Shown here one piece after another: positions 54,789 to 64,000 of a stretch of 64,000 bases of DNA (positions within the stretch are counted from its first letter, which is position 1; the number at the start of each line of letters is the position of its first letter). The position numbers and the translations under genes were made by a program. Source of the stretch: an uncultured Bacteroidales bacterium (GTDB taxonomy: Bacteria; Bacteroidota; Bacteroidia; Bacteroidales; UBA932); contig CALUTW010000002.1 in NCBI GenBank assembly GCA_944323805.1, forward strand, positions 79,659 to 143,658, given 5' to 3'. The notes below the pieces were generated by a model, which worked only from the letters and a program-made list of their open reading frames with translations, searched no databases and was not told where the DNA came from.

Positions 54789-56288
54789 TCAATCTGCTAC
54801 TCTGATTACTATGACTTTATCTGTCGAGGATGTCACTTTGACGGCATCGTCAATACGGACTCCGAGCACGGCCATGACATGATGCTCCGGGACATCCCCT
54901 GTGCCGGCGCCGGGAGCGGGCGGCGAAACAATCATCACTGCGGACTCTTTCTCGGACCTCCCGTATTTCAGGTCCGTGAAAAGGTCGCTGATCTTTTTCC
55001 TGCCTTTCAGTCCGAGGGGGCGCATCCAGTCCCCTGACATCCAGCCTCGGCAAAGGAAAGGAAAATCCATGCGTGACCTGTCGAACATTATCGTACCTGC
55101 AGGCAGTCTGACAGGCAGCTGCGCATCATGCTGTCTCTCCTCGACCGTAAAGGACACCCCGTTGAAAGAATAGCGTCCGGGGCCACGCACCGTCATTACA
55201 GGGTACGCCTGGGCCAGTGTCTCATGCCGGACCGGACGACGATGTGTCAGGGCTGCCTTTAACAGGTCATTGCCCTCCTCATGCGCAAGAGGCCTGACGG
55301 CAAGATATGTGGATGATGTTACCAGCTCGTATCCGGCTGCCGACACCGACTTTCCGCCGGCAGTATCGGACTCTGTCAGGATTCTGCATACGGACTGTAC
55401 GGATGCCGAATTGAAGCCATATGGCTCAAGAAGCCTGTAAAGTATGTATTCCCAATGTCTGCATGCCTTCAGCCTGCCGATATCGATCCTGCATACCTCC
55501 CTGCTGCCGGGGACATCCCCTGCTTTTCCAATGATGAGGATGCCGTCGCGGCAGGCCTGGAAATAATCATCCGCGATATCGCTTACCTGCGAGAAATAAT
55601 CCATTTCCCGGGCAATTGTCCGGACAAATGACGGGTTGATGTCCTCAAATACCGGGAAAACAAGGTTGCGTATCCTGTTACGCTTATATTCCGTACCGGC
55701 ATTTGTCCTGTCCTCATGCCAGGAAATGCCTCTGGACCGGGCAAAACCCTCTATCTGCTTTCTTGTGAATCCCAGCAGGGGCCTTATCAGGAATCCGCCG
55801 TCATACCCGGGCATCCCCGACAGACGGTGCATACCGGAGATACCTCTGATGCCTGTTCCGCGCAGCAGATTGAGCATCAGTGTCTCCACATTGTCATTCG
55901 CATTATGCGCCACAGCCACAGCGCCGAAACCTCCGGCACGTGCGGTCTCGGCAAACCACCCGTACCGGAGGTCTCTGGCAGCCATCTCTATACTGATACC
56001 GCATGTCCTTGCGTATGACACAGTATCGAAGTCCTTTTTATACAGACGGATACCATTCCTTGCACACCATTCCGTGACAAGGAGCTCATCGGAGTCGCTT
56101 TCATCGCCCCGAAGACGGAAATTGCAATGGGCGACCGCAAACCTGACGAAAGAAAGCGAATGCAGGAAAAGCTCTGCCATACACATCGAGTCAATCCCGC
56201 CGCTGACAGCCAGCAGGACAGGCCTGCCCTTCAGAGACGGCTCTTCATCCAGGAGCCCCGACAGTATGGCATCGAATTTCCTCTGCAT
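54789..56288 (-). CDS. tilS: tRNA(Ile) lysidine synthetase
   Basis: AVSGGIDS, AHCNFRLRG, ARDLRY, AHNAND, LIRPLL, RNRIR, C-terminal GRKKISDLF. Confidence 0.96.
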   Translation of the reverse strand: MQRKFDAILSGLLDEEPSLKGRPVLLAVSGGIDSMCMAELFLHSLSFVRFAVAHCNFRLRGDESDSDELLVTEWCARNGIRLYKKDFDTVSYARTCGISIEMAARDLRYGWFAETARAGGFGAVAVAHNANDNVETLMLNLLRGTGIRGISGMHRLSGMPGYDGGFLIRPLLGFTRKQIEGFARSRGISWHEDRTNAGTEYKRNRIRNLVFPVFEDINPSFVRTIAREMDYFSQVSDIADDYFQACRDGILIIGKAGDVPGSREVCRIDIGRLKACRHWEYILYRLLEPYGFNSASVQSVCRILTESDTAGGKSVSAAGYELVTSSTYLAVRPLAHEEGNDLLKAALTHRRPVRHETLAQAYPVMTVRGPGRYSFNGVSFTVEERQHDAQLPVRLPAGTIMFDRSRMDFPFLCRGWMSGDWMRPLGLKGRKKISDLFTDLKYGRSEKESAVMIVSPPAPGAGTGDVPEHHVMAVLGVRIDDAVKVTSSTDKVIVIRVAD

Positions 56289-57394
56289 CAGGAATTCTTT
56301 GACGCGAACGTATAGACAAAGCCGAATGACAGGGATTCCTTGAACTGGATACGCTGTCTGCCAGGTGTACCTGCCTTGGCCTCATCCGGTGTCTGGATAA
56401 TCACATTGTCATCATAGATCAGGTTGGTCATGATTGTGAACGAGAAGAATTTCGCCACTTTCCAGTCAATCCTGTTATCCCAGTTGACACGGAGATTCTG
56501 CGGCTTGTCCAGATAGTCCGAGAACAATACAACCTGCGAAGAAAACGCGAAATTGTCATTGACATTGACCTTGAAATCGACCTTGAGCTGGGCACCGAAC
56601 TCGAATTTGGCAGACTTGTAGACATTGCCGTCGATTGCACCTGACTCATTTTTCGGAAGGTTCTCCTTTGCCGTATTCTCCCACTCCTTCTTGAGCGGCT
56701 GGCTGTAGGATTCCCTCAGCAGAGGGTCATCGACAATGACAAATCCTCCGGTAAGCGGCGCGAAGTTGACCGTAAGCCATTTCAAAGGCTTGTAGTCGAG
56801 ACCGAGTGCAAGATTGGTGTATGCCGGGGACAGGAATCCGGACTTCAATGTACGGCTTGCAGGGTCCTTCCATGATGCAGGGTCGTCCGGGTCCATGCCT
56901 TCAGGGACCGAAGACTTGTACTCCCAGCTGTTGGAGAACTGAGACTTGAAGCTGAAGTTGGCTGAATAGTAGAGGCTCTTGGTGGCCTGATATCCCCATT
57001 TGCTTTCAAGATATATCCTGTCATCCGACTTCTGGAGTATCGGCTTGTCCGCAGAATACAGGAAACCGTAATCCAGCTGCAGACGGTTGTTCCAGAACAT
57101 CTCATCCTTGGCATAGTTGGCATTGGCATCAATGAATGTCTTCAACGACACTGTATTGTAGCCTCCGGCCGCCCAATTGGTAAGAGAAGTCTGTCCAAGA
57201 TCGAGCTTGGTCTGAAGAGAGGTCTTCCAATACTTTGCGGCAGGCTCCTTCGGCTTCTCGGGCTCCGGGACCTGGTCTATCGCCATAGCCGCTTCCGCAG
57301 CTACTTTCTGGGCATCCTGCAGGTTATCCTGGGCTGTCGCCGATATCCCGGCCACAATGGACAGAAAGACAGAAAGAATGATTTTTACTCTCAT
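56288..57394 (-). CDS. DUF3078 family outer-membrane beta-barrel protein
   Basis: Q.SLTNWAAGG, KSDDRIYLESK, FKSQF, LSPAY, WDNRID, QRIQFKESLSFG. Confidence 0.85.
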   Translation of the reverse strand: MRVKIILSVFLSIVAGISATAQDNLQDAQKVAAEAAMAIDQVPEPEKPKEPAAKYWKTSLQTKLDLGQTSLTNWAAGGYNTVSLKTFIDANANYAKDEMFWNNRLQLDYGFLYSADKPILQKSDDRIYLESKWGYQATKSLYYSANFSFKSQFSNSWEYKSSVPEGMDPDDPASWKDPASRTLKSGFLSPAYTNLALGLDYKPLKWLTVNFAPLTGGFVIVDDPLLRESYSQPLKKEWENTAKENLPKNESGAIDGNVYKSAKFEFGAQLKVDFKVNVNDNFAFSSQVVLFSDYLDKPQNLRVNWDNRIDWKVAKFFSFTIMTNLIYDDNVIIQTPDEAKAGTPGRQRIQFKESLSFGFVYTFASKNS

Positions 57395-57422
57395 GACAAC
57401 AAATAATCAGGCTAATATAAGG

Positions 57423-58901
57423 CTAATATGAACGTGCGAACAGTACCCTTCTGTGGGATGGCTTTCCTGAATAGATGCACTTTCCTTCCTCCTCGCAGAC
57501 CGCACTGTCAATCGGGATGCACCTTATGGTCGCCTTGGTCTCTTCCTTTATCTTTTCCTCGGTCTCCACGGTACCGTCCCAATGGCATAGAAGGAATCCG
57601 CCTTCCTCGATCTTCTCCTTGAAATCTTCCCATGTATCCACCTTGACTATACTTTCATCCCTGAATTTCAATGCCTTCGCATAGATATTATTCTGGATTT
57701 CCTCAAGAAGGTCCTCGATTCTCCTGCCGAGTCCCTCCTGTGGTACGGACATCTTCTCAAGAGTATCCCTGCGGGCAAGCTCCACTTCCCCGTTCTGAAG
57801 GTCGCGCGGTCCTATGGCTATGCGCACCGGGACTCCCTTAAGCTCCCATTCGGCAAACTTGAACCCTGGTCTGAGCGTATCCCTGTCATCGATCTTTACC
57901 GTATGGCCATGGGCCTCAAGCTCTTTCTTGAGTTCATCCATCTTCCCGAGAATCGCTTCACGTTCCGCGTCACTTTTATAGATAGGCACCATCACTACCT
58001 GGATAGGGGCAAGCCTCGGAGGAAGCACAAGTCCGTTGTCGTCGCCGTGGGCCATGACAAGGGCCCCCATAAGCCGTGTCGATACACCCCACGAAGTAGC
58101 CCAGACATACTCCTGACGGCCTTCCTTGCTGGTATACTGTACATCAAATGCCTTGGCAAAATTCTGCCCGAGGAAATGTGATGTCCCGGCCTGCAGGGCC
58201 TTGCCGTCCTGCATCAGCGCCTCGATGCACAGGGTGTCGAGCGCCCCTGCGAACCTCTCATTAGGGCTCTTGTGCCCTACGACAACAGGAAGGGCGAGGG
58301 TATTCCTGGCAAAATCCGCATAGACATTGATCATCTTCATTGCCTCTGCCTCTGCCTCCTCTTTTGTCGCATGGGCCGTATGACCCTCCTGCCAGAGGAA
58401 TTCCGCAGTACGGAGGAAAAGCCGTGTACGCATTTCCCACCTTACGACATTCGCCCACTGGTTGCACAATATAGGGAGATCTCTCCATGACGTGATCCAG
58501 TTCTTGTATGTATTCCAGATAATGGTTTCAGACGTAGGCCTTACGACAAGCTCCTCCTCAAGCTTCGCTGACGGGTCGACGACAACACCGGGACCGTCAG
58601 GATTGGTCATCAGCCTGTGATGAGTCACGACAGCGCATTCCTTTGCGAATCCCTCGACATGCTCAGCCTCGCGGCTCAGGAAGGATTTCGGGATAAAAAG
58701 AGGAAAATATGCATTCACATGACCGGTCTCCTTGAACATCCTGTCCAGCACATCATGCATCTTCTCCCATATGGCATAGCCGTACGGCTTGATGACCATA
58801 CAACCCCTTACTGCAGAACGCTCTGCAAGATCAGCCTTTACCACCAGGTCGTCATACCACTGGGAATAATTGTCAGCCCTTTTAGTAACCTCTTTAGCCA
58901 T
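57423..58901 (-). CDS. proS: Proline--tRNA ligase (ProS family I, archaeal/eukaryal-like)
   Basis: [44 protein letters not shown]-terminal ATIRCIP. Confidence 0.99.
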   Translation of the reverse strand: MAKEVTKRADNYSQWYDDLVVKADLAERSAVRGCMVIKPYGYAIWEKMHDVLDRMFKETGHVNAYFPLFIPKSFLSREAEHVEGFAKECAVVTHHRLMTNPDGPGVVVDPSAKLEEELVVRPTSETIIWNTYKNWITSWRDLPILCNQWANVVRWEMRTRLFLRTAEFLWQEGHTAHATKEEAEAEAMKMINVYADFARNTLALPVVVGHKSPNERFAGALDTLCIEALMQDGKALQAGTSHFLGQNFAKAFDVQYTSKEGRQEYVWATSWGVSTRLMGALVMAHGDDNGLVLPPRLAPIQVVMVPIYKSDAEREAILGKMDELKKELEAHGHTVKIDDRDTLRPGFKFAEWELKGVPVRIAIGPRDLQNGEVELARRDTLEKMSVPQEGLGRRIEDLLEEIQNNIYAKALKFRDESIVKVDTWEDFKEKIEEGGFLLCHWDGTVETEEKIKEETKATIRCIPIDSAVCEEEGKCIYSGKPSHRRVLFARSY

Positions 58902-59029
58902 TGTATTATTGCTTTTAAGCTATTTTATATTTAACATTGTATACCGATCCGTGTCTAAGGTACGGATGTTGCTGATAAGCATCAGCCTGCGAAGGTACGA
59001 AATTATTGTAAATAATAGGAGATTCAGAT

Positions 59030-60376
59030 ATGAAAATGAGACTTGTAATCCTGATTTCAGCCATTGCCGCCCTGTCTTCATGCGGTACGGCTGCACAGTA
59101 CGCCTCCTCCGGACAGAAGTATCAGGACGGAATCTATTACAGGCCTGAACAGTCCCTTGACAAGACGGAACGCGTCCCGGACGAAACCGTCGAGAATCTC
59201 ATAGCAAGAAGCGAAGAGACCAGCCTGCTCCTTTTCGGGGACAGGAAAGACACCGTAATCATACCTGACAGCAAGTCTGCAGTGATACATCTCGATGGAG
59301 AGGAGGGCACTACGATTACCATTACGGATGACCCGTTTACAGACATCTACTACAGCACATATCCATGGACATATTACAGCCCGGCCTATGTAAGCGTCTG
59401 GGGAAGCCCGTGGTATTACAGGAGCTGGGTGCACTACTATGACCCGTGGTACTGGGGAAGCTGGTACTATGACCCATGGTTCTGGGGGGTAACAGGCGTA
59501 TTCTGGGACCCTTGGTTCTGCAATCCATGGTTCTGGGGAGCACCGCACCTCCCATACAACCCTTATTGGGATCACGGACACCACCATCATCCAGGGCCCG
59601 GACATATATCAGGCGCATGGAACGGACATTATTACGGGCACAGGACTTCCGGAAGCAGCTCGGTAAGGCAATATGTCTCCAGGGGCAATTCCGGACAGAC
59701 GACCGTATCGGGAGGAAGGTCAACGGTAAGGAGGGGCACTTCCGGCATCCGGGGTACATCATCATCCGCCTCATCTTCATCCGGATACAGACGCAGCTCA
59801 TCGGCGGCCTCCACGGCCTCGTCATCTGCTTCCGCAGTCAGGCGTTCCGCAACTGTCGCATCATCCCAGGCAAAGACATACACGTCCGGAATATCGTCGG
59901 TACGCAGAAGCACAGCCGCGAAAGTATCCGGGAACATTGCAGACGGCGGCAACCGGCAGTCTTCAGCATTATCTGCATTCAGGAGAAACGGCAGCTACAT
60001 GTCATCCGGGACCACGGCAGTAAAGTCTTCAGTCAGCAACTACAGAAGACCTGCCTCGCGGGTATCATCACAGTCATACATGGGCAACGGTTCATACGGC
60101 ACATCATCGGCCCAGACCGCCAGAAGGTCGTCAGCATATGATGCCGGCAGCCGTTTCGGCAACAGCTCCACTTCTGTCAGCAGGGGTACTTCCGTAAACC
60201 GCAGTTCATCCTCTTTCAGCCGTAGCTCATCATCATTCAGCCGCAGCTCGTCATCGTTCAGCAGAAGCTCGTCATCGTTCAGCAGAAGCTCGTCATCGTT
60301 CAGCAGAAGCTCGTCCGGATTCAGCGGCGGCTCATCCAGAGGAGGCTCGGGAGGAGGCAACAGCCACAGGAGATAG
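59030..60376 (+). CDS. Lipoprotein with Trp/Tyr-rich, His-rich and long Ser/Arg/Gly low-complexity regions
   Basis: Lipobox LSSC, YQDGIYY, DPW(Y/F)WG repeats, HGHHHH, RSSSSFS repeats. Confidence 0.85.
   Translation: MKMRLVILISAIAALSSCGTAAQYASSGQKYQDGIYYRPEQSLDKTERVPDETVENLIARSEETSLLLFGDRKDTVIIPDSKSAVIHLDGEEGTTITITDDPFTDIYYSTYPWTYYSPAYVSVWGSPWYYRSWVHYYDPWYWGSWYYDPWFWGVTGVFWDPWFCNPWFWGAPHLPYNPYWDHGHHHHPGPGHISGAWNGHYYGHRTSGSSSVRQYVSRGNSGQTTVSGGRSTVRRGTSGIRGTSSSASSSSGYRRSSSAASTASSSASAVRRSATVASSQAKTYTSGISSVRRSTAAKVSGNIADGGNRQSSALSAFRRNGSYMSSGTTAVKSSVSNYRRPASRVSSQSYMGNGSYGTSSAQTARRSSAYDAGSRFGNSSTSVSRGTSVNRSSSSFSRSSSSFSRSSSSFSRSSSSFSRSSSSFSRSSSGFSGGSSRGGSGGGNSHRR
60200..60325 (+). repeat. Six in-frame 21-bp tandem repeats encoding RSSSSFS (last unit RSSSGFS)
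   Basis: Units start at 60200, 60221, 60242, 60263, 60284 and 60305; units 4 and 5 are identical (agaagctcgtcatcgttcagc). Confidence 0.95.
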
Positions 60377-60406
60377 ACTTACACATATTTTAAAAACGAC
60401 CATATC

Positions 60407-62065
60407 ATGAAAAAGACAGCAATTGCACTTTTGTTGGCGGGAATTTCGGCAGGTGCGGGAGCGCAGACTATGTACGATGCGTTCAACTACAGCAAAAGCA
60501 ATTATGAGGGGACAGCGAGGACAGTGGCCATGGGCAATGCCTTCACGGCACTCGGAGGGGATATAGGCGCTGTCTCCATCAATCCGGCAGGATCCGCGGT
60601 GGCAAGATATTCCCAGGTTTCAGTATCTCCGGGAGTAAGCATCTCCTCCAACACTGCTACAGGAACCGACCAGGCATGGTTCGGCAAGAATCTGAGGACA
60701 TCCCTTGCAAGATTCTCCATGCCGAATTTCGGCTTCACGGTAAATTTCGAGACACCGAGAATATCAGGCATGAAAAACTGGAGCATGGGATTCGCAGTCA
60801 ACCGGTCCGACACATACCTCGACGACATGATGGCCGCAGGGACAAACATGAACACATCGTTTGCCGGGTCGCTGGCCACATTTACCAACGGGTTCCATTC
60901 CGGGGATCTGCTGGCAGATGATGCCTACGACAACATATCGCCGGCCGACTGGAGGGCCATTCTTGCACACCGGACAAACATCGCAGGTCTGATTCCTCTC
61001 CTTCCGGGGCAGGACGAATCGACAGCTCCCGACAATGAATACATAGGCATTACCGAGAATGAATTCCTTGTGACAGACGACAACGGCAGCTACTGGGCAA
61101 TGGAACAGGGAGGTCCGATAGACCAGACATTCGCCCGCAGGACCACCGGAAGCAAATACGATTATGTCTTCAACTGGGCGGCCAACTTTTCCGACAGGGT
61201 CTTTGTCGGAGTGAATCTCGGCATAATATCCATGAACTACAGCCATCAGTATTATATCAGGGAGACCGCGCAGGACCCGTCCTTCTTCAAGACGGGATTC
61301 AATTATCTCAAATACAGCTACGGATATGATGTCTCCGGGACAGGCGTATACGGGAAGTTCGGGATTCTCGTCACCCCGTTTGCAGGCCTGAGATTAGGCG
61401 CAGCCATCCAGACCCCGACATCGATGACAATAAGGGAGTCCTGGTACATGGCGGCCGAGCAGAACAGCGAGACGGTCGGCAGCGGCAAGGAAAGCAGTCC
61501 TGAAGGCGAATACTCCTACAACCTCGTATCCCCGTTCAGATTCAATGTCGGGGCGGCCTATACATTCGGGAGCGTCGGACTGATAAGCCTCGACTATGAA
61601 ATGTGCGACTACAGTGGCATGCAGTTCAATGAGATAGGGACAAATGACAACAGCGCTTTCGATGCCGTCAACGAGGACATCAGGACCTTCATGGGGATAT
61701 CGCATGAATTCAGGGCAGGTGCGGAAGTCAAGCCGATTCCGGAACTTGCCATCCGCGCAGGATACGGCTTCATCACATCCGCAATACCATCCGACGTATA
61801 TTACGAGAACCAGTACCTGTGGGAAAGGACTGAAGGAAACGTGCAGAATTATTCCCTGGGGCTCGGCTACAGCTCCAACGGCTCATTTTTCGCCGATGCT
61901 GCCGTAAGGCTGACAAAATATGCCGACACCTTCATACGTCCTTATGAATACTACACCTACGACAACGCATGGAACCAGGATATCGACACCAGTGTACAGA
62001 CCCCTGAGATATGGAGCCGGAGAATGCTCTGGAATGTGATATTAACTATAGGGTTCAGGTTCTGA
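60407..62065 (+). CDS. OmpP1/FadL/TodX family outer-membrane transport protein
   Basis: GTARTVAMGNAFTALGGD...INPAG N-terminal hatch motif, C-terminus LTIGFRF. Confidence 0.88.
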   Translation: MKKTAIALLLAGISAGAGAQTMYDAFNYSKSNYEGTARTVAMGNAFTALGGDIGAVSINPAGSAVARYSQVSVSPGVSISSNTATGTDQAWFGKNLRTSLARFSMPNFGFTVNFETPRISGMKNWSMGFAVNRSDTYLDDMMAAGTNMNTSFAGSLATFTNGFHSGDLLADDAYDNISPADWRAILAHRTNIAGLIPLLPGQDESTAPDNEYIGITENEFLVTDDNGSYWAMEQGGPIDQTFARRTTGSKYDYVFNWAANFSDRVFVGVNLGIISMNYSHQYYIRETAQDPSFFKTGFNYLKYSYGYDVSGTGVYGKFGILVTPFAGLRLGAAIQTPTSMTIRESWYMAAEQNSETVGSGKESSPEGEYSYNLVSPFRFNVGAAYTFGSVGLISLDYEMCDYSGMQFNEIGTNDNSAFDAVNEDIRTFMGISHEFRAGAEVKPIPELAIRAGYGFITSAIPSDVYYENQYLWERTEGNVQNYSLGLGYSSNGSFFADAAVRLTKYADTFIRPYEYYTYDNAWNQDIDTSVQTPEIWSRRMLWNVILTIGFRF

Positions 62066-62783
62066 GGCCTGGACCGCCGAGCCTTTTCAGATAAAGTATC
62101 GAGTCCGGACCCTCGTTGAAAAGAAGGTCCATCACAGAAAGATTGGGAATGAAGCCGTATTTCCGGGCAAAGACCTGGAAATACGGCTTTTCCAGTCCAA
62201 GTCTGGCAAGGATGTCGTCAGGCCGTTTTGGATGTATCACATTCCTGAGGTCGCATCCGTATTCCACGGTCTCGGGAAGCATATGCCACGGGCTTCCGGC
62301 ATCCGTACATATCCTGCCGGCAGACGGCTCGCAATAGATATCCGTCTCACGCAGCTCGACCGGCATACCTGACTTCCCGATAAAGAACCTTGTCAGGGCC
62401 ATGTCCAGCTCCCACAATGTATCCGGATGCGAATCGAGTATCGAGAACAGCTCATCCTGATAATACTCGAAATATGCCGAAGTCCTGTAGGCAGATACTA
62501 TCGCCCTCTTGTGTCGCTCGACCCATGGGGTGGAATAGTCTACAAGGACCTCCTTGATCGGGACCTTGCTCCCGTCCCTGTGATGACGCACGGGGAAATT
62601 GAGATACTGTATCCCCGATTCGGCATAAAAGCCGCATCTGTTCCGCCAGGATTGCTTCTGATAATTCTCACAGGCCTCGACATATACTACAGACGGATTT
62701 ACCCTGTCAGCAGACAGGGTAAATCCAGCCGCCATGGCGGCAAAGTATTCTATCGGCGGGAAGTATGCTGCTGCAAGAAGCAC
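62055..62783 (-). CDS. WbqC family protein
   Basis: YFPPIEY, ENYQKQSWRNRC, SAYRTSAYFEYY, YFQVF..KYGFIPNLSVMDLLFNEGP. Confidence 0.9.
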   Translation of the reverse strand: MLLAAAYFPPIEYFAAMAAGFTLSADRVNPSVVYVEACENYQKQSWRNRCGFYAESGIQYLNFPVRHHRDGSKVPIKEVLVDYSTPWVERHKRAIVSAYRTSAYFEYYQDELFSILDSHPDTLWELDMALTRFFIGKSGMPVELRETDIYCEPSAGRICTDAGSPWHMLPETVEYGCDLRNVIHPKRPDDILARLGLEKPYFQVFARKYGFIPNLSVMDLLFNEGPDSILYLKRLGGPGLRT

Positions 62784-62787
62784 CGCA

Positions 62788-63600
62788 CTACTCGATTTCG
62801 CCCTTTGAGTTGGAGGACATCCCCCTTACAATACCTCTCTTGGAATTGCGGATAAAGTCAAGGATGGTATCCCTTTCCTCTGACTGAGGGAAGCCTGCCT
62901 CAATCTTGGCACATGCATCACTGAAATTGAATCCGGCATTGTATATGATATCGTACATGTCCTTTATGCTGCGGATCTGCTCTGCGGAGAAGCCCCTTCT
63001 GCGAAGACCTACGATATTTACGCCCGCATATGAAAGAGGGTCCCTGCCGCAAAGGATGTACGGTGGCACATCCTTGTTGACCTTTGAACCGCCGCCCACC
63101 ATCGCATGCTTGCCAATCTTGGAGAACTGGTGCGAGAGCGTACCGCCTCCGAGGATTGCCCAGTCGTCAACGCAGGTCTCGCCTGCAATACCGGTATAGC
63201 TGACAAGGATACAATGCTCGCCGACACTGCAGTCATGTGCAATATGCACATATGACATTATAAGGGTATTGCTGCCCACGCGGGTAACACCCTTGCCGCT
63301 GGCCTTTGTACCTCTGTTTATAGTGGCGCACTCGCGGATATTCACATTGTCCCCGATCTCTACGTGCGTTACTTCCCCGTCAAATTTAAGGTCCTGCGGA
63401 ATAGCCCCGATCACAGCTCCAGGGAATACGCTGCAGTTCCTGCCCATCTTCACATAGTTGAAGATTGTCGCATGCGGAAGTATTCTGCAGCCGTCTCCGA
63501 TCTCTACGAATTCATCAATGTAGGCATAAGGTCCTACTTCTACATTGTCTCCGAGCTTGGCATTCGGATGTACGGTTGCAAGTGGATGTATCTTGTTCAT
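62788..63600 (-). CDS. lpxA: Acyl-ACP--UDP-N-acetylglucosamine O-acyltransferase
   Basis: Hexapeptide repeats, PQDLKF, IRECATINRGT, YVHIAHDC, KDVPPY, GLRRRGF. Confidence 0.98.
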   Translation of the reverse strand: MNKIHPLATVHPNAKLGDNVEVGPYAYIDEFVEIGDGCRILPHATIFNYVKMGRNCSVFPGAVIGAIPQDLKFDGEVTHVEIGDNVNIRECATINRGTKASGKGVTRVGSNTLIMSYVHIAHDCSVGEHCILVSYTGIAGETCVDDWAILGGGTLSHQFSKIGKHAMVGGGSKVNKDVPPYILCGRDPLSYAGVNIVGLRRRGFSAEQIRSIKDMYDIIYNAGFNFSDACAKIEAGFPQSEERDTILDFIRNSKRGIVRGMSSNSKGEIE

Positions 63601-63610
63601 GACTCTAAGA

Positions 63611-64000
63611 TTAATTTCGTTGCAGAATGAGCTCCCGCACTGCGCGGGCCGCCCTTGTATTGATTGTATGCCCGGACTTGACCGCGGTAACCCTGGCCTT
63701 GAGGAATCCTCCGGCCAGACGCATATCGCCTATGAGGTCCAGAAGCTTGTGTCTTGCACATTCATTCGGGAAACGGAGCTGCAGATTGCTCAGGTATCCG
63801 TTATCGCGTATTTCGAGGGCCGGGACATTGAAGAGCTTCGACATATGGTCCAGCTGCTCTTCCGTCACAGGATGCTCGACAATAACTATCGCATTGTCGA
63901 CATCCCCGCCCTTTATGAGGTTGTTCTTGAAAAGATATTCTATCTCATGGAAAAAGACGAATGTCCGGCATATGCCTATCTCCTCGGCATATATCTGGGA
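63611..64000 (-). CDS. lpxC: UDP-3-O-acyl-GlcNAc deacetylase, C-terminal part (start is off the right edge); no fused FabZ
   Basis: The frame is open from 64000: EIGICRTFVFFHE, LIKGGDVDNAIV, NECARHKLLDLIGD, KSGHTIN; TAA at 63613-63611. Confidence 0.95.
   Translation of the reverse strand, partial: SQIYAEEIGICRTFVFFHEIEYLFKNNLIKGGDVDNAIVIVEHPVTEEQLDHMSKLFNVPALEIRDNGYLSNLQLRFPNECARHKLLDLIGDMRLAGGFLKARVTAVKSGHTINTRAARAVRELILQRN

Noticed and set aside
58947-58997. Regulatory leader for proS (two 6-bp hairpins at 58947-67 and 58971-86; variant -7 TACCTTCG at 58997-90)
   Set aside because: The stems are short, there is no terminator/antiterminator alternative or specifier codon, and the distal hairpin probably overlaps the TSS.
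1-64000. Prophage, IS elements, rRNA, riboswitches
   Set aside because: No transposase, integrase, phage structural or rRNA sequence was recognised, and no TPP, cobalamin or SAM aptamer motifs were seen in intergenic regions by eye. An Infernal scan would be needed to exclude riboswitches.

Overview
Core-genome window of a Bacteroidales (Bacteroidota) anaerobe. The assignment rests on TAnnTTTG (-7) promoters, SD-less A-rich starts, and Bacteroides-type LpxC, TnaA and HU; the exact lineage cannot be determined from sequence alone. It holds about 58 protein genes, mostly housekeeping: four aminoacyl-tRNA synthetases (tyrS, serS, hisS, proS), rplU-rpmA, rpsU, rbfA, tilS, prmA, rluD-like, lon, ung, ruvC, rng, coaD, tpiA, mgsA, tnaA, nfnAB, lnt, lolC/E, sppA, lpxC-lpxA. 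It also encodes many envelope and outer-membrane proteins and two convergent tRNAs (Leu-TAG, initiator Met). I saw no rRNA, CRISPR array, integrase, transposase or phage genes. Features missed by the ORF track are a truncated PCMD-domain gene at the left edge, a 30-aa basic ribosomal protein (bS22), both tRNAs, a 29-aa hydrophobic small ORF, and most of the truncated lpxC at the right edge. The most notable observations are: LpxC lacking its usual fused FabZ domain; a tandem pair of 86-bp structured repeats with a cUUCGg spacer hairpin between tyrS and rbfA; a P-loop-degenerate AAA+ protein coupled to a sirtuin; a plug-less TonB-receptor-like barrel heading a split nfnAB cluster; a PNGase-like transglutaminase lipoprotein; a structured rplU leader; a full Shine-Dalgarno at rpsU; and a lipoprotein with an RSSSSFS heptad repeat. 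Family assignments come from motif recognition and memory, not database searches.
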